Below are positions 12,803-26,900 of a stretch of DNA of 64,000 nucleotides, piece after piece. Source of the stretch: Convolutriloba macropyga (Eukaryota). The position numbers and the translations under genes are program-made. Within the stretch, counting starts at the first letter, position 1; each line of letters starts with the position of its first letter. A model generated the notes under the pieces. The model was not told the origin of the DNA and made no database searches. It worked only from the letters and a program-made list of their open reading frames with translations. The DNA lies in NCBI RefSeq assembly GCF_964194025.1, contig NC_134471.1, forward strand, positions 63,364,001-63,428,000, written 5' to 3'.

Positions 12803-13429
12803 GTGTAGGAAAGTCCAGAGTGTGGATTATAGAAGACAAAATAGCCTGCGTTTATTTGTGTGTCTATCAAATTTGTAGTGTATTTCTTGACAAATGAAGG
12901 GTGATGGATTTGTTTTAACTCAAAAGACAGGTGGTTCTGCAGCTTGTGGGTGAAAGATAAGTTTGTCTTGTTCAACAATTATTTCAACAGAGAATGTGAC
13001 TTTTGGTTGTTTTAATAATTGGTGAGCTCTTTGTTTTTGAACTGGTGTTATTTTATAATATTTAGAGATTCTTTGTTTAGCCTAATTATGCAATTTTTCT
13101 CCGTTGTTATGGTCTCCAAAGAAGGCGGATGGGGGGACAATAAAATTGGGATCTAATTTTAGTGGTAGATTTGGATAAGGTCGTGTCGTGTCGGGTTGTT
13201 TCCCAATACAGTGATGAGAATGTTGATCGGAATCTGGAGTCGGTGAATTTGAGCTTATAGTGATAATGGGTGGTGTACCCGGAAAACTGGGTGGTAGTCA
13301 GCTTTGAAATGACGGTGATGAATTGACTATACCAAAAGAGTGGTTCCAGTGTGCTTGTGATAACAAGCGTTCAAATTTAGTTATTTGTCCTTGTGGCGGA
13401 TTAAAAGGATTATTTACGATTTGTGATGC

Positions 13430-14720
13430 AGTAGGTTAAGAAAATTGAGAACTATTTGGATCAGAATTAGAATTGTCAGAAAGTAGGCTGATATCATATG
13501 TGGTATTGTTTGAGACAGTGTGAATTGGCGCAGTGACAGTGTGAATTGGCTGTGGCAATTCTGAGCAGAGTTTTATCGGTGTTTGCAAAAATTTTTGGTT
13601 GGGTGGAGAACTGTGGAGTGTTTGAATAATTAAGTAATTCAGGTTGTGATGCTCGTGGAGGAGCTGGTTTAGGTGTGGGTGGAGGAGTGTCGTATTTGGA
13701 AGAAAACCAGAGCGTGCCAATAAAGTCTGTGCAGTTGTTTGTTGCTGTTGTTGTGCTTGCGTTTGGTGTATTTGCGTTTGACTTTGATTGGGGTTATCGG
13801 ATTACCGATTGTGGGGTAAATTGGTGGGAGTGTCCAGTAGGACTAGGTCTATCTGTAGATTTGGCAGTAGTAAAAGATTGAGTATGGGTGTTCCTCGGTT
13901 TCTTTTATTTGTGGTTTTTTATTAAAGAGTTTAATTGATGACTTTTTGGGTGTTGATTGTTTAGTTGCTTCGCTGAATGAGCAACTGGCGATTCTGAGAC
14001 GGGGGAAGCACTTGGGTTAGTGTTTGATTGTTGATTAGAGGACGCAATTGTGACAATAATTTTTAGCCAACAGTGGGCCAATTATCGCAATCATAAAACT
14101 TATAGTCAGTAGAGGTGGGGATAACAATTATTAAGAGATTTAAAGTGGGTACACTTACAAGGATTGCTGCGCAGGGTGATTCTGGTGGGATGGCATTATG
14201 GAGATAGATGAGATCTCAAAAATCAGCAGAGAAAACTGTTAATTTTTCAGCAATTGTATAATCTTTTCGTTCAAATGAAAAGATAACATGCGGATATGTA
14301 ATTCTATATGGTGGGTTGTTGTTGTTGTTTGACAATTTTTTGATATTGTTCATCCAATCTTAGGAGTTCCTTAATGTATTTAATATCATATGAGGCTGGA
14401 ATAGCGTCAAGATAAACAGTGTAGACAATATCTGTATATAGAATTTGAGAGAGTTTATTTGCTGCTTGTGGTGGGAAAATAGGAAGATAGAAAAGAGCGA
14501 TGTGTTCGTTATTAAAATCTCTAATATAAAAAACCCATTCACAACAAGTCCGTGAATATAGAATCTGATCAAGGTTATAGAAATATCTTGAAAACGGACC
14601 TGTCTAGGTTTAAAATTTTGGATATATCTAAAAGTATCAGCGTAGGGTGTTCTTTTAAACAATACTTCTAGTCTGTGTTGAGAAATTATGTGCATACCTG
14701 ATAAAGTTTAGCCGAGGAGA
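13430..14720 (-). pseudogene. Degraded accessory ORF(s) between integrase and env
   Basis: ORF 14360-14695 plus a frameshifted continuation (YLDAIPASYDIKYIKELLRLDEQYQKIV) and a P/S/T-rich tail. No recognisable domain. Confidence 0.4.
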
Positions 14721-15719
14721 ATTCTTTCAGTACTGTGAGACTGAAAGTTGTGATTTGAGTGTTGTTGTTGTTGTTGCTTCCGTGAGCAGATTTTTGAGAG
14801 CTTTCTGTGAGCTGTCACTGAAGTCAAAGGAGTTAAAAGTTCTGGAAGGATAAAGAACTGTACTGTGAGACAGTTCTTTCTTGTTAAAGAGAGAAGAAGT
14901 AAGGAGTAAAAATTACTTAGAAAGTGAGAAATTTTCTAAGTTGAGATTTAGAAGAGTGAAGAAGAGGGTTTTAGTAGTAGATTATTAAATAGTGTTGAAA
15001 GAAAAGAGAGAAGAGGAAGTTTCAAGAGCGGTGGACTGAAAAGTGATTTTAGACGATATGATTTTGCTTGACCACGACTTTTTAGTCGGGTAAAAAAATG
15101 TTACCGAAACAAATCTTGGGACATAAAGGAGATTAGGGAATTGTTCCCGGACCGAGCTGTGGGTCGGTTATTAACTTAATTATTAGTTAATTTCCTTTTT
15201 ATTATTATCGTGGGGAATGGCCTGTAATTCCCTTCTTTTCTTTTCCTGATGGAGGGAGTTTTGTGGTTCTGCTAGGGTAGCAGGTGAAGAGATAGTCCGG
15301 GTACTTTGTTTACTGGGCTAAGGGGTTTGATTAACTTTCACAGTGAAAGTAATTGTATAACAGGGGAGAGGGGTGAAAGAACTATCAGAATTATTCCTCT
15401 TGTATAAGAAAACGAGGGAATTGTATTTTTATCTGTAGTATATTTAGTAGCAATTTAGCGTGTTATGATAAACTGTATTCGGCTATTTGAAGCGAGAAGA
15501 GTGATCTAACATTTGTTCTATTCGTGAAGTGTGAATGGTTTTAAGTGTGCGGTGTTCGTGAAGCCGAAAATTTTGATTGTGGTATAAAGACTCTATAGTC
15601 CTTTATTGGTTGTCGTCGAAGACGACTGTTTCTTGTAGTGTAATTTTCGAAAGTGTGTTTGGGTATTTCAGACGGTTTACTAGGTAGATGGGGGGAAAGT
15701 CATCTGCGGATGGTACCTT

Positions 15720-17070
15720 TCAATTGTCTAGACTGAACGAGACAGTCTTCGACTTGGTAACTGGTGGCTTTTTTGGATGGAGTTTTAAAAGTGAATTATC
15801 CGAGAAGTATTTCTCCATTTGTTCTTCAACGAAGAGTTCTTTGGAGTAATATGGTACTATAATACTCCTATTACGGGTGATTTGTTTACCAGAGAAATCT
15901 TCTAGTTTATACGTGACCAATGTAGGAGTATCTATTATTTTATAGGGTCCAATTTTTTGTGGTTGGATCTTTTTAGATACTCCAATTTGTGTGGTTTTAT
16001 TTACTACTAAAACATAAGTGTTTAATTTGATGGGTTTTGCTGTTCCAGAGCGGCGATTTGTAAATGTGCGTAAAGGTTTCTTTTGGTTTAAATAATTATG
16101 TACTTCATTAAAAATTTCCGAGTGTATCTTTTTACGATTAAGAAACCAGTGTGCAAAGGTTCCTTTCTGTAACCTTTTAATTTGCGGGTGATGACCTAAG
16201 TGGTCGGTATGTGTATGATTAGGTACTGAAATACAAGGTGAATTTTTTGTAGCTTGACAGTTTCCTAAGCTATCTGCAGTGAAAGATATATCGAACAGTA
16301 TGGGTTCCTTTGGTTTTTGACCCAAAACAAGTTCATATGGTGAAAGGTTCATTTTGGTCCTGACTTGTGAATTGAATGCAAACGGAAAGACTTTCACTTT
16401 GTGTGACCACATGTCATATTGTGATTCTAAGACTGTTCGAAGAAATGTGTTTAATTGGCGATTACTGTTTTCAAAGAGTCCATTAGACCACGGTGCCTAT
16501 GGCGTACGTGGTATGAATTGTACATTATATGTACGATGGAAATGTGTGAATTCTCCGTTAATGTATTCGTTTCCGTTATCTGTTACCAAAATATCTGGAA
16601 TTCCGAATTTAACAATCCAGTGATCAATTAAAACTGTTAGTGCATTAGTGGCGTAATTTTTGGGTGAAGGGTGGAGGACGACATAGTCTTTAAATGCCTC
16701 CGCAATAACATAGACATAAGAGTTTCCATCAGAAGACGGTGAGATTGGACCTTTTGTATCCATTGAAATACGGTGATTGAAGTGTGTTGAAACTTCAAGA
16801 AATGGCTGTTATGGCTCCATTAAGAGGTTTGGCATGGATTCGCTAGTTTGACAACTTAAGCAATCTTGTGTAAGTATTGCTATCCATGTATTATTGTTTG
16901 GAAAATAATAGTTTTCCATGATTGTTGCGTGTGTTTTTTCACGACCAGGGTGTCCTGAAAGATCATGAGAGTGTGCTTTATAGAAAATAACTAGGAGAAT
17001 AGAGTGTGGTAGGCAAATTTTTGGTGACGTTGTTTCTTTTATGTAATAAAGCAGATTATTGTCTTCGTTA
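15720..17070 (-). pseudogene. pol: Retroelement integrase (HHCC, DDE core, GPY/F)
   Basis: HSHDLSGHPG...CLSCQ near 16850-16980; SMDTKGP; LVTDNGNEY; PWSNGLFE; NLSPYELVLG; KIGPYKII. Confidence 0.93.
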
Positions 17071-17074
17071 ATGC

Positions 17075-19500
17075 TTAATTTTTGAAAACGTCAATAATAA
17101 TGTAGTAATCTTTTATTTGCTCGTATAGTGAGTGAAGGGGTTGGGGAAAATTTTTGTAGTGTTTCCAAAGTAAAAGTTTTCTTAGAACTGGGTCTTGTTG
17201 TGTTTGATAGAGGAGTGTATCATTTATTTCACTTTGTTCTTCGTAGAAGTAATTATAAAGGAGTGGGGACTTTGGTATAAAGTCGTCCATTGCTGGGAAA
17301 GAAAATTTTATACTATTTATTAACTCAGCGTAATTTACGTCGTGGTTGGATTGTATGAAAGGTTCTGTTATGTCTGTGTTTAGTGTGACATCTGTGTGTT
17401 GTATAAGAGGATAATTTTCTGGAATTGAGTAATCATTTATAAACTGTAATTGTTTTTGTTGGTGCATATTCTCCAGGGGCTGTGCTTTGGTGATAAATTC
17501 ATAATGTGAGACTGGGAGATAAAGATCATTTTCTAATTGTACTTCGAAATAATTATCTTTAATCTGTAAGTAGATTGGAAAGTGTGTTGATTCTACATGA
17601 GTGTCTTTAGATACTGAATTGATATATTCTTTTGATACAGTGTAGTGACACTGTATAGGTTGTGTATTTTGATTGTGCGTCATAAAGAAGTTAATCGAAT
17701 CGGGTATTTCGACTGTGCAAAGACGGTGTTCTTCTTTTGTTGTCGTCGTCAGTGAGCGACTTAGTAGGTCTGGAAGTGAAAGATTTTTTCTTCTGTCCAA
17801 ACTAAGTGTAGGTTTGGAAATTTCATTAGTAATAATTGAAAATTGTAAACACTGTGATTTGGTTTATTCTTTTGTGTAAATAGGAATAAAATTGGTTTAT
17901 GGTCAGTGTATAATACTATCTGGTGTTTAGACCATTGAATAAGAAATTCGTATTCTGAAAATGCATATATTTTGGCTGAGCATTCGCGAAGAATGGTGGA
18001 TAATCTAAGTTCTGTGGTGGAAAATAGTCGAGAGTTTGCCGACACTAGTTCCATTTTTCCAAATTGATTTTTTTGGAGGAATGCTGTTCCAATGCCATAG
18101 TTAGAGGCATCGCAGAGAATATAGAAGGGTTTTTCTGAATTATAAATTGCGAGGCGGAGTGTTCCGTCCGTAAGTTCTTTTTTGACTCTATCAAATGTTT
18201 GTTGTAATTCAGGAGTCCATTTAAAATCTGTTGTATCTCTGAGTTGGAGATAAAAAGGTCGAAGAATGACTTGTAGGTTGTATATATATTTTGAAGAAAA
18301 GGTGAGAAATCTGACATTATTTCAATTTCTTTTTTATTCTTAGTTAGTTGTAATTTTAAAAATCGGTCTATTTTTGATTTGAATGGGTGTATTGGAGTGG
18401 GTGTATGAGAAACTGAGTCCAAGAAAAAGAAAGATTTGTCTGGAGCGGCTTTGCGGTTTTCTTTCTCTAAATCAGTGTGATTTTGAGTAAGTGTTTGCAA
18501 CATTGTGTCTGTTGTTGTGTCTTGGATGAAAACGTCATCCAGATAAGTGATTATTTTGTTTTTTCTAATTAGTGGTTTGAAAATACTGCTCATGAAAGAT
18601 GAAAAGTCTGCTGGGCCAATAGAAATACCATAGAATAAGCGTTTAAAACAGTATTGTTGCCCAGCAATCACAAAATTGGTTAGTCTTTATGATGGTTTGT
18701 CAAGTGGCATCTGGTTGTATGCACTGTTCATATCAGCTATAGAGAGAAATGGTCCTTTAATCCGTGTTAGAGTAATGTGAATTGGTTCCATGGGCCAACT
18801 TCATTTTGTTTCATCAATTGATGTGGTGTGTTCATTGTGGCCTGTTCATTGTGTTCATTGGTGTGTTCATTGTGTTTAATTGACGGGCGTCTAGGACAAC
18901 TTTTAAGGAATCTCCTTTTTTAAGGATGATCACTGGGTTAATGGATGTATTTCCTGTGGTTAAGGAGTCTGCCTTTACGGGTGCTATGATATCAAAGTGT
19001 GTTAAGGTGCCGAATAAATGTTGTACTCTATCTTGTAATTGAAGTGGAATACGAGTAGCTCTTTGTTTTTTAAAGATAGTTGTTGCTTTAAGGTGAAGAT
19101 ATAGTTCTACTTTAGTTTTCCCAACATCGAATTTGGAAGTTTCAAAACAATTTTGAAATTGCATGAGGAGTTCTGCTGATTTTTCAAATTGTGCTTGTGT
19201 TAATTTGGTGTGTTCAATTTTAAACATGGTGAGAAAATCTTTATTCGTTTTGGTGAATTTTGAGACATCAAATGTTATGGTGAACTTTTTCTGTTGTGAT
19301 TTGTATCCGCTTTCTTGTTGTTTACTAAGATTTATGCAATAGAGTTTTTTAAGTGTTTCTGACGTACCTTGAGTGAGGTAATTTAAAAAATAAGCATCCA
19401 TGAATTCTGTGGGTTCATTTATGCGATTTTTTGTGGTTTGATAGTCATTCAGTGAAACATTTTGTTTTGCATATCCAATTATAGCCTTTTACGAGTGTTA
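17075..19500 (-). pseudogene. pol: Reverse transcriptase, RNase H and a long RH-IN linker
   Basis: VLDARQLN, IADMNSAYNQ, YCFKRLFYGISIGP, YLDD (~18540); RNase H LCDASNYGIG, REC, YTDHKP, DLLSR. Confidence 0.95.
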
Positions 19501-19563
19501 ATGGGTGATTCGAAGTATTCTGTATTAAAATTTGGATATATGATTGATAGGGGTATTCGAGAT

Positions 19564-19891
19564 TGCTTTGGTTTTATATTCATAATGTGAGACTGGGAGA
19601 TAAAGATCATTTTCTAATTGCACTTTGAAATAAATATCTTTAATCTGTAAATAGATTGGAAAGTGTGGTGATTCTACATGAGTGTCTGTAGATACTGAAC
19701 TAATATGTTCTTTTGATACAGCGTAGTGACACTGTATAGGTTGTGTATTTTGAATGTGCGTCATAAAGAAGTTAATCGAATCGGGTATTTCGACTGTGCG
19801 AAAACGGTGTTCGTCTTGTGTTGACGTCGTCAGAGAGCGACTTAGTAGATCTGGAAGTGAAAGATTTTTTCTTCTGTTCAAACTATGTGTA
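19564..19891 (-). repeat. Diverged second copy of pol segment 17483-17810 placed upstream of RT
   Basis: Both 328 bp, colinear; both translate RRKNLSLPDLLSRSLTT...LENDLYLPVSHYE with scattered substitutions. Confidence 0.93.
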
Positions 19892-21083
19892 TATTTAAAT
19901 CACCTGTATTTTTGAACGTTGACCATTTTTCGAACATTGGACTTCATCAGTCCGTTCATTTGTAATGTGGTAATGCTTGGTAATTTCTGATAAATTATAA
20001 GGCGGTTTTGTGGTATTGGAGTGGTAACTGCTGATGAATTATAAGGTGGTTTTGGATCGGTTATGAGAAATTTTGATACCATATAATTCACTCAGTCAAT
20101 TATAAATTAAAAAAAATCCCCAACTAGACCAACCCCCCACCAACCCCTCAGCTTTCCTTTTCTCTACCTATCCATCCAACTTAATACCCCTCTACATACC
20201 TGCCCCCTATCTCCACCATATCCCACATACCCACTCCTGCTACCTACGTAGCCCCTTTTGACACCTTTTTTTAGCATCCTACCGCGCGGTATCTCCTATG
20301 TACATCAATAACTACGTAACTCACTCCCTTCCTCCTTTCCCTACCTACGGACACCCCACATCAAACTATCTACCAGCCCTCGCCCCTACCGATGCTGATA
20401 GCTAAAATTTGTTGAAGTTCTGATTTGCGTTATTTCTTTAATGATATTTCAGATTAGATAATATTAGTTAAGTGTTTATTTTACATGAACATTTTACCGG
20501 CTACGTATTTTTTTGAGCGTCTGACGTTCATTCCTCGTTTTATCAGCATTTTCTAGAATATCCTGAACGTTTTTTGCTTGAATGCTTATGTAATGTTTTT
20601 ACGCGTGACTTATGTCACAAAAAATTGCACTTTAAGAGACGTAAGTTTTTATTGAAAATGCTTAAGGTCAAATTAAAAGAGCCAAGTGAAATAATCGCTG
20701 AAAGTTGTTACATAATTTTTAGGAGCAGCCAAACACTTTCTCAGTGCTTTCTGTATCTTTTCCTATCTGTCTTCCAGGATTTGAGTCGCGGAGCCTTTCA
20801 GCGCTGAACCCGCATATTTTAAGTGTAAAATCTTAACTCAGTTCTGAAACGTTGCATCTCCAGAATATTTTAAATTTGTATGCAGTTTTTCTTCATTATG
20901 GCTATATTGTGGTCATGGAGTTAGCCCAGGCAAAACTAATCCGTTACAGTCTGAAAATTACTCATACCCCAAATTTAAGTCTTAGCAGAGTAATGTCTTA
21001 CATTTGTAGCCTATAACTGGTAACTACTATAGTAGTACACACACTTTTTATATATAAGCTAGTTTGTAGGCAATTACCACAAA

Positions 21084-21160
21084 GCCCATTTAGCTGAGTG
21101 GTTTTGACCTGCTGCGCAAAAATAATTGTAGCAAGTATCCACACGGAAGTTCGAATCGCA
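21084..21160 (+). other. Degenerate tRNA-like/SINE-head remnant (Pol III A and B boxes)
   Basis: TAGCTGAGTGG (21091) and GTTCGAATC (21149); no convincing cloverleaf. Confidence 0.35.
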
Positions 21161-22829
21161 TATAAATCAGACATTGTTGGCGGGAGTTAAGCTGAGGATA
21201 TTATTCTTTATGCAAAAAGTTCTACGCAAAACTCAAGACTGGCCCGTGTAAATTGGGACATAAACAGAGTACTGGCCATTCTTTAAAACAAAAATTTTCT
21301 TTACTGATTCAGCCCTGATTTACTCTCCCACAAACCTCCGGGTTGTTGCAGAAAAATTATTGTTTGAAAGACAATTATCTGATCGCTTGATTATTATCGG
21401 AAAATGTTTTTTCATGAGTTGTGAACACAACTATTCATAGCTTGTAAAGTCCTTGCAGTGTATTCTGTGATAAATATTGACAAACATTTTTGGTAAATTA
21501 AAAGTTTATAGCTAAACTAATATTCTCATAGAGGGAAATAGACAGCAAAGTTAAAGGGGGTAGAGGGATAAAGGGTTATAGAAGATAAAAAATCTGTCTG
21601 CAAAAAAGATATTAGATTACTCATTCAGGTTTGTTATATTCTCTATTGGTTTTGGATTTTCAACACGTTTGCCTTGAGGCCGTCATATCATTCAAACTTG
21701 TTTATTTTCGATTTCTCTGGTACTTCCAAAAAATTCTGCACTCCATTTCTGAGTTTTCTGTATTCTAATCTCCCCCAAAAAACTGAAAATGGAAAAATAA
21801 TTCACATGTCAGTTTCAATCAATTACATTTGAAAAGCAACAAAATGTGCATGTGGACATCATCATTTTTTTCTCTAATCAAAATGTCCCTAAATACTCAA
21901 CTGTTATTATATTGTTTTTAGCAGAACACCAGAACAGTACGTTCTGAATATCTGAGAAAAAGTTCTCCTGCGCTTTTCGCATTCTGAAGTACTCCAAAAT
22001 ATTGAAGGGCAACAGTTGTTTTGATCTTCAGCCAAATCTCATCGATACAATAAAAGTACTACAATTTTTTTTACAAAGAGTTCCATATCAAACACAATAG
22101 TTTGATATTGTGTTCCTCAATTTAGTCCTGCATCTTTGTTGACCGTGCTCCACCACTTAGCTGCAGTGAGCAGAGAATTAGTTGAACCTGTTTAGAAAAA
22201 TTGAGTTTCATACGTCATCAAAAATTTAAGGCGAGAAAGGTTGCCCGTAATATGCCAAAAAAAGATCAAGTGAGAAACAATCGGCGATTGTGGAAATTTC
22301 AGTTTTTTAATAGAAATAAACCTTAAATCTTAATCTTGGACTGATTTTTTGAAATTCTATCTAATTTTGCATAATCACGTTTTAGTTGTAGCTCTAAAAA
22401 TATCAACTAAGCATCGCCTTATTGAGGTCTATTGGTTTTCAAGTCTCTTGAATATCATTACTCTTTTTCGAGTAGTATTGGTTTTCAACTTTTTCTTTTT
22501 TAGCTAAAGCAAGTATTTCCCTGAATTGAAATTTGACTCAATTATAATTATTCATATACCTCCTTTCTCAAACGTTGACTTCAGTTTTCAAACCTTAAAA
22601 TTTTACCTTAGCTTAATTTGTAATGTTGTTCTCGGTTTGAACAAGGGACTGGGTGCTCAGCCTGAATTTGGCTAGATAAGGTTTTGACCAGATAAATATC
22701 ATAAGTACCTCCCAACAGATGAGACATACCACTTTCTATTCAAGCGTTTTGACGCGATAGCTCTTTCAAATTACAGCTTAAAATCACTTAGAGAACAGTA
22801 GTAGAATTTTCCTCTGATCGATTAGCTTC

Positions 22830-23905
22830 CGCTCAAAAAGATGTAAGAGTGGGGCTTCAATGGAAGGATTTTCTAGGAAAATTCTAGGCAAAATCCTTGA
22901 ATCTATTTAGGCTGCAATGGGTTGCTAAGCGGGATAAAATGATGTAAGATTGATTGAGTATCGGAGAAATTACCCCCAAACTCGTACATCATTTTACCCC
23001 CCTTGACAGACCAAAAAGATTTAAGAGTGGGGTTATAATTTATCTTTGGCTCCCTAACTCCTGCATCGTTTCCCCCTCCCTGGCAGCCTGAAAAGATGTA
23101 AGAGTTTCGAACGGCGTTTTTTGTAAAAAAATTCAACTATTGCAGCCCACCTTTTACACTATTATACCTTGATTGCAGCCCAACTCTTACACCATTTTAC
23201 CCCACTCGCAACCCAACTCTTAGATAGAGTTACCCCTTCTTAAAAAGTTACACTCCAACACTTACATCACTTCACCATCTTGAAAACGCTAATACTATAC
23301 TGTACTATACTGTTTTAGCCCCCCATACTCGAGGACTGACAGCCTTGAAACCGCAACCTTGTAACCTCAACCTTTTCCCCTTAAACAACAGTCAATCAAT
23401 GCTCGTCCTACTCCTGACAGTCCATCTAAATGAACTATTCCCTATCAACAAATAACTCTCACTTTTACATCATTTTAACCCTTGTCAGCCCAATTCTCAC
23501 ATCAATTTAACCCATCTCTACAAATTACCCTGAAATCTAGCATCAATATAGACACCTGGCAGCCCAATTTTTACATCATTTTATCAAATTTCAACAAATT
23601 ACACCCCCTCCTCTCTGTTACACCATCTCACCCCACCCCCTCCCCCTGGCAGCCCAATTCTTACACCATTTTACTTCATCTGAACAATTCATCATCTCAC
23701 TCTTAAATCATTTTAGGCCCCTTGACAGCGCAACTCTTACATCATTTAACCCTTTCTGAATAAATTAACTCCTCATTCTTACACCATTGGCCCTCCTTGG
23801 CAGCCCAATTCCTTCGTAACTTTATCCCCTCTGAAAAAATTATCCCCTCACTTTTACAGAAGTTCATCCCCTCGGCAGCCCAATATTTACATCATTTTAC
23901 GCCCT
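22830..23905. repeat. Degenerate ~35-40 bp minisatellite/foldback element (GGCAGCCCAATTCTTACATCATTTTACCCC), with an inverted arm at the left; related copy at 24650-25240
   Basis: Motif recurs many times; reverse-complement AAAATGATGTAAGA/AAAGATGTAAGAGT at 22835-23105. Confidence 0.75.
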
Positions 23906-26900
23906 GTGATCAGATTCCCATGTGATCGAGTTGAACTGTGGTTTTTCAGCAAACTGAACAGAAGACAATTTTGGCTCGAATATTATGCGATACACTAATG
24001 CTAGCAAAGTTCAAACTAAATTAAAATGAAAGATGTCGCGAAAGGTTATTTTTTTTCATTATTTTACTTCACAAAAACTGGTTTTTTTAGTATAAATACT
24101 TTGGATAGTTACATTGAAATTATCTCATAACATTAACTTCATCCTACTTAAATAAAAAGAGCGTTTCTCAGTTTTTTTCATCAAAAACGTCGAAATCTAA
24201 TTTTAGCATCAAGTTAAACTTCCGCTGAAAACTTGCCTAAATTTTCATCCAGCTAAAAATCCCAAAATTTTGTCTTTTTTTAAAAGAGGATTGTTTGTCC
24301 TGCTAGATTTCCGGTTCTGTGTCGAAGGGAAATTTTCTTCTTATCATGTATATTATGGTGTGATATGTTAATATTAATATTATGCCTCCAGTAATTTATA
24401 TATATGAAAAATCACCGCAAACAATTTTTAGGTGAACTGCTATTAACAGGCATTATTAAAACATCACTACCAACATTGATAGATAATCAATTTTATACAT
24501 GATTGCTTCATTGCATCCTGTTTTCTCTTTATTTTTTCAAAATCTAGTGTCAAAATAGCTTCATCTGTAATCTTTAAATCAAGCATTCAACTTCTAGTTA
24601 ACGTGAAGATTAGAAAAAAAACTTCAAAGTAAGCTACACATCACTTCCTCACTCTTACCAAAATTTACCACACTTGGCACCCCAATTACTACATAAATTT
24701 CCCCTCTGAAAAAATTGTTCCCGCACACATACACCAGCTCATCTATTTTGCAGACCAAATTTTGCATTATTTTACGCCCTGCGAAAAGATTATCCTCTAT
24801 CCTCCCACAATCATTCCATTTACCCTCTTTGACAGACCAATTCTTACATATTTTTACCCCCTCTCAACAAATTACCCTTTAATTTAGCATTAATGTAGAC
24901 AATTGGCAGCCCAATTCTTACATCATTTCACCAACTCTCAACAAGTTTCACCCTCTCTTTTACACCATTTTACCCCTACCCCCTGGCAGCGCAATTCTTA
25001 AACCATTTTGCATCCTCTGAACAAATCATCTTCTCGCTCTTACATAAATTTAAGCCCCTTGACAGCGCGCATTCATACATCAATTAACACCCTCAGAATA
25101 AATTAACCCCTTACTCCTACACCATTGACCAGCTTGGCAGCCCAATTCCTTCATAACTTTTTCCCCTCTTATCAATTTATCGCTCACTCTTACAGAAGTT
25201 TACCCCCTTGGCAGCCCAAATTTTACATCATTTTTTTTGCCCTGTGATTAGATTACCCTGTCATCAGAGTTGAACTGTGGTTTTTCAGCACATTAAACAA
25301 AAGTCAAATTTAGGTTGAATATTATGAGATACCCTTAAAATAGCAAAGTTCAAACTAAACTAAAGTGAAAGATGTCACTAAAAAGTTTTTTTTCAATGTT
25401 TTTACTTCTTAAATGTTGCTTTTTTTATGTAAATGCTTTCGATAGTTACATTGAATTGATCTTATTAAATTAATTTCGTCAAATTTAATCAAATGTAAAA
25501 AGAGAGTTTCTCAGTTTAATTCATCAGAAACGTCGAAGACCAAAATTAGCATCAAGTTAAACTTCTGCTGAGACGTTGCCTAAATTTTCATCCAGCTAAA
25601 ATTCGCAATATGTTGCCTTTGTTTTAAAAAAGAAATTGTTTGCCCTGTTAGGTTTCCGCTTCTGTGCCTAAGGAAAATTTTCTTCTAATCTTGTTTATAA
25701 TGGTATGGATCTGTTAATTTTAATACTACGTCTCCAGTAAATTCTAAATATGAAAAATCATCGTAGCTAATTCAGACGTGAACTGCCACTAACAGGCATT
25801 ATTAACAATTTAATTATTTGTTTCGATAATAATCCATTACTTGACCTTTTTTATGCTAGTAAAAACCTCTGAGTTTTCGAGTCTAAACAAGGCAGCAAAT
25901 AACAAATATTAAAAAAGATGCTCCTTTTCTGGTTAAATTTTGGTATTTTTATAAAAAATTTTGGTAGTTAACATTTTCTAATGATTGTCCCCTGAAATTG
26001 TTCACTAATTACGTTGAGAACGCATTAAAATGAGCAATCATTAACCATGCACTCGGCCTGGGTTTTGAAGAATTTGTAAAAGCATAATTCTTTAAACAAA
26101 CTATTTGCGCAACTTGACTTGATTTCAACCACTATAAAGCTTTTTAAACCATTTTAATGATATAGTTCTTAAAATATTTAGTATGGTTGTTATGTCGCAT
26201 AGGCAAATTTTGTTATGTTAGTAAGAATCTATAGGTTTTGGAATCTACAGTAGGTAAAAATCAACAACTGTATGAAGTTTGATCCTTTGAATACTCAAAG
26301 TTTGGGACGATAATAAAACCTTTAGAAGTAAACAACTAACCATTATCGATATTTCAACAAAATTTAACCAATGCAACGATATGAGCTATAAAAGAGTCCT
26401 AAACTTGGCCCCAGAATTAAAACATTTGTAGGAGCATAATTTAACGAACAGCTTTTTATCGAAACTTTACTGATTTCCAACCACTACAAACGCTCTTATA
26501 ATCGGTTTATTGTAATAATTATTCAGCAATCTCATGAACCAGCTTTTTAAAACATAAATTTGACATATTCAGTGGTTATCGTACATAATTTTTTGCTTTG
26601 AAACGAACTGAGAATACTCGAGAAGGCTTCATCAAGGGAAAAGAGTGTAATAAGGAGTGGAAAAAAGAGTGTACATAAAGTGTATATTTAAAATTGTATT
26701 AAGAGTGGACAAAAGAGTGTAAGAGTGTACACAAAAGTGTAATTTTCTTAGATTTACAGTCTTACACTCCTTTCCCTGCCATTTAGGAGTGCAAACTGCT
26801 TTTCACCCTTATTCTCGCTTAATACCGGTTGACGCCTCGGCCCGGGTGGTCATATTCTGTTCTGGTCATTCAAAGTTTCGAAGTTATAGGGTTGAACTGT

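Larger units (their letters stand above)
7021..20100 (-). mobile_element. Decayed Ty3/Gypsy LTR-type retroelement with env and accessory ORFs; 5' end (gag, protease, 5' LTR) absent or unrecognisable
   Basis: Domain order RT-RNaseH-IN with a GPY motif, followed by an env-like glycoprotein. Many stops and frameshifts. Boundaries approximate. Confidence 0.9.

Noticed and set aside
20115-20390. C-rich tract as a telomeric repeat
   Set aside because: No regular telomeric unit; low-complexity sequence only.
7021-20400. Paired LTRs, PBS and gag for the Gypsy element
   Set aside because: No direct repeat of the 7.0-7.4 kb region near 20 kb, and no gag zinc knuckle or protease motif seen.
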